Notes under the pieces: model-generated | The model's database searches: none | What the model was told of the DNA's origin: nothing | What the model saw: only the letters and a program-made list of their open reading frames with translations | Position numbers and translations under genes: made by a program | In this document: in pieces, positions 63,517 to 64,000 of the stretch | How positions within the stretch are numbered: the stretch's first letter is position 1 | Layout of the letters: every line of letters starts with the position of its first letter | Assembly (NCBI RefSeq): GCF_000143415.4 | Contig: NW_003314265.1 | Coordinates: 83,231-147,230, forward strand | From: Selaginella moellendorffii | Lineage: Eukaryota; Plantae; Lycopodiophyta | Direction of reading: 5' to 3' | DNA length: 64,000 bases

Positions 63517-64000
63517 TTAATCTGTGTAGTTGTCTTCCGCTAGAGTCGCTTGGATGACAGTGTAGTGATGGTTTAAGCTCGGTTGTCTGTGTAGGAAAAA
63601 CTTCCCACCGAGAGCTCCATTGTCTGGATTTGAGGTTCTAAAGATGACCCTTCGAAATCTCTGATGCACCATAGCCATTGCACACCTGAAGAAGAAAACA
63701 AGCTTAGCAAGCAGCAAACAAAGCTCACTTCACGAAAACAACCCTTACATTGCACAGGGCTCCCTCGTCAAGTATATGTCGAATCCCGTGCAGAGGTAAG
63801 GCCGAGAAGCCTCGACCGTGATAGAGGAGGACCTCGACTCGATGTGGATGCTCTCGGCAGCGCTGGCTTCGCAGCGTTGTCTCTTGACGGATAGCGTAGC
63901 TTCGTCGCATTCTTTATCGTCGGGAAACAAACGTCGATCCCTCTCGGACGCTTGCTCAATGGCGACCATAGCTGCGTGCCGGAGAGGATGCCAGCCTCCA
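63517..64000 (-). CDS. TAD3: tRNA-specific adenosine deaminase subunit TAD3/ADAT3 (3' part; runs off the window)
   Basis: [39 protein letters not shown], GALG...LH...SLNHHY. Confidence 0.93.

Overview
Eukaryotic plant nuclear DNA. Very short (about 45-65 nt) introns, tightly packed genes and a PLS-class PPR gene suggest a lycophyte such as Selaginella (inference). The left half (1 to about 32.3 kb) is a decayed tandem duplication of neighbouring gene pieces joined to an AT-rich block. That block holds remnants of a Mutator-like transposase and two intact copies of a small, apparently secreted ORF resembling the bacterial/fungal YvgO-type family. The second copy of the block is split by a nest of Ty3/gypsy elements: two same-family elements lie tail-to-tail 44 bp apart, and one contains a further element, two solo LTRs and a 208-bp mini-LTR. 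A LINE fragment follows. The right half is gene-dense: an At4g18490-like gene with two tandem exon arrays and a U12 AT-AC intron, an ARM-repeat gene, a conserved plant unknown, a START-like protein, a MEKK1-like MAPKKK, a DUF616 protein, a rhodanese-DSP-FHA phosphatase, a GDSL lipase, a PPR, an RNase Z-like pseudoenzyme, CTC1 and TAD3. All homology calls come from motif recognition, not database searches.
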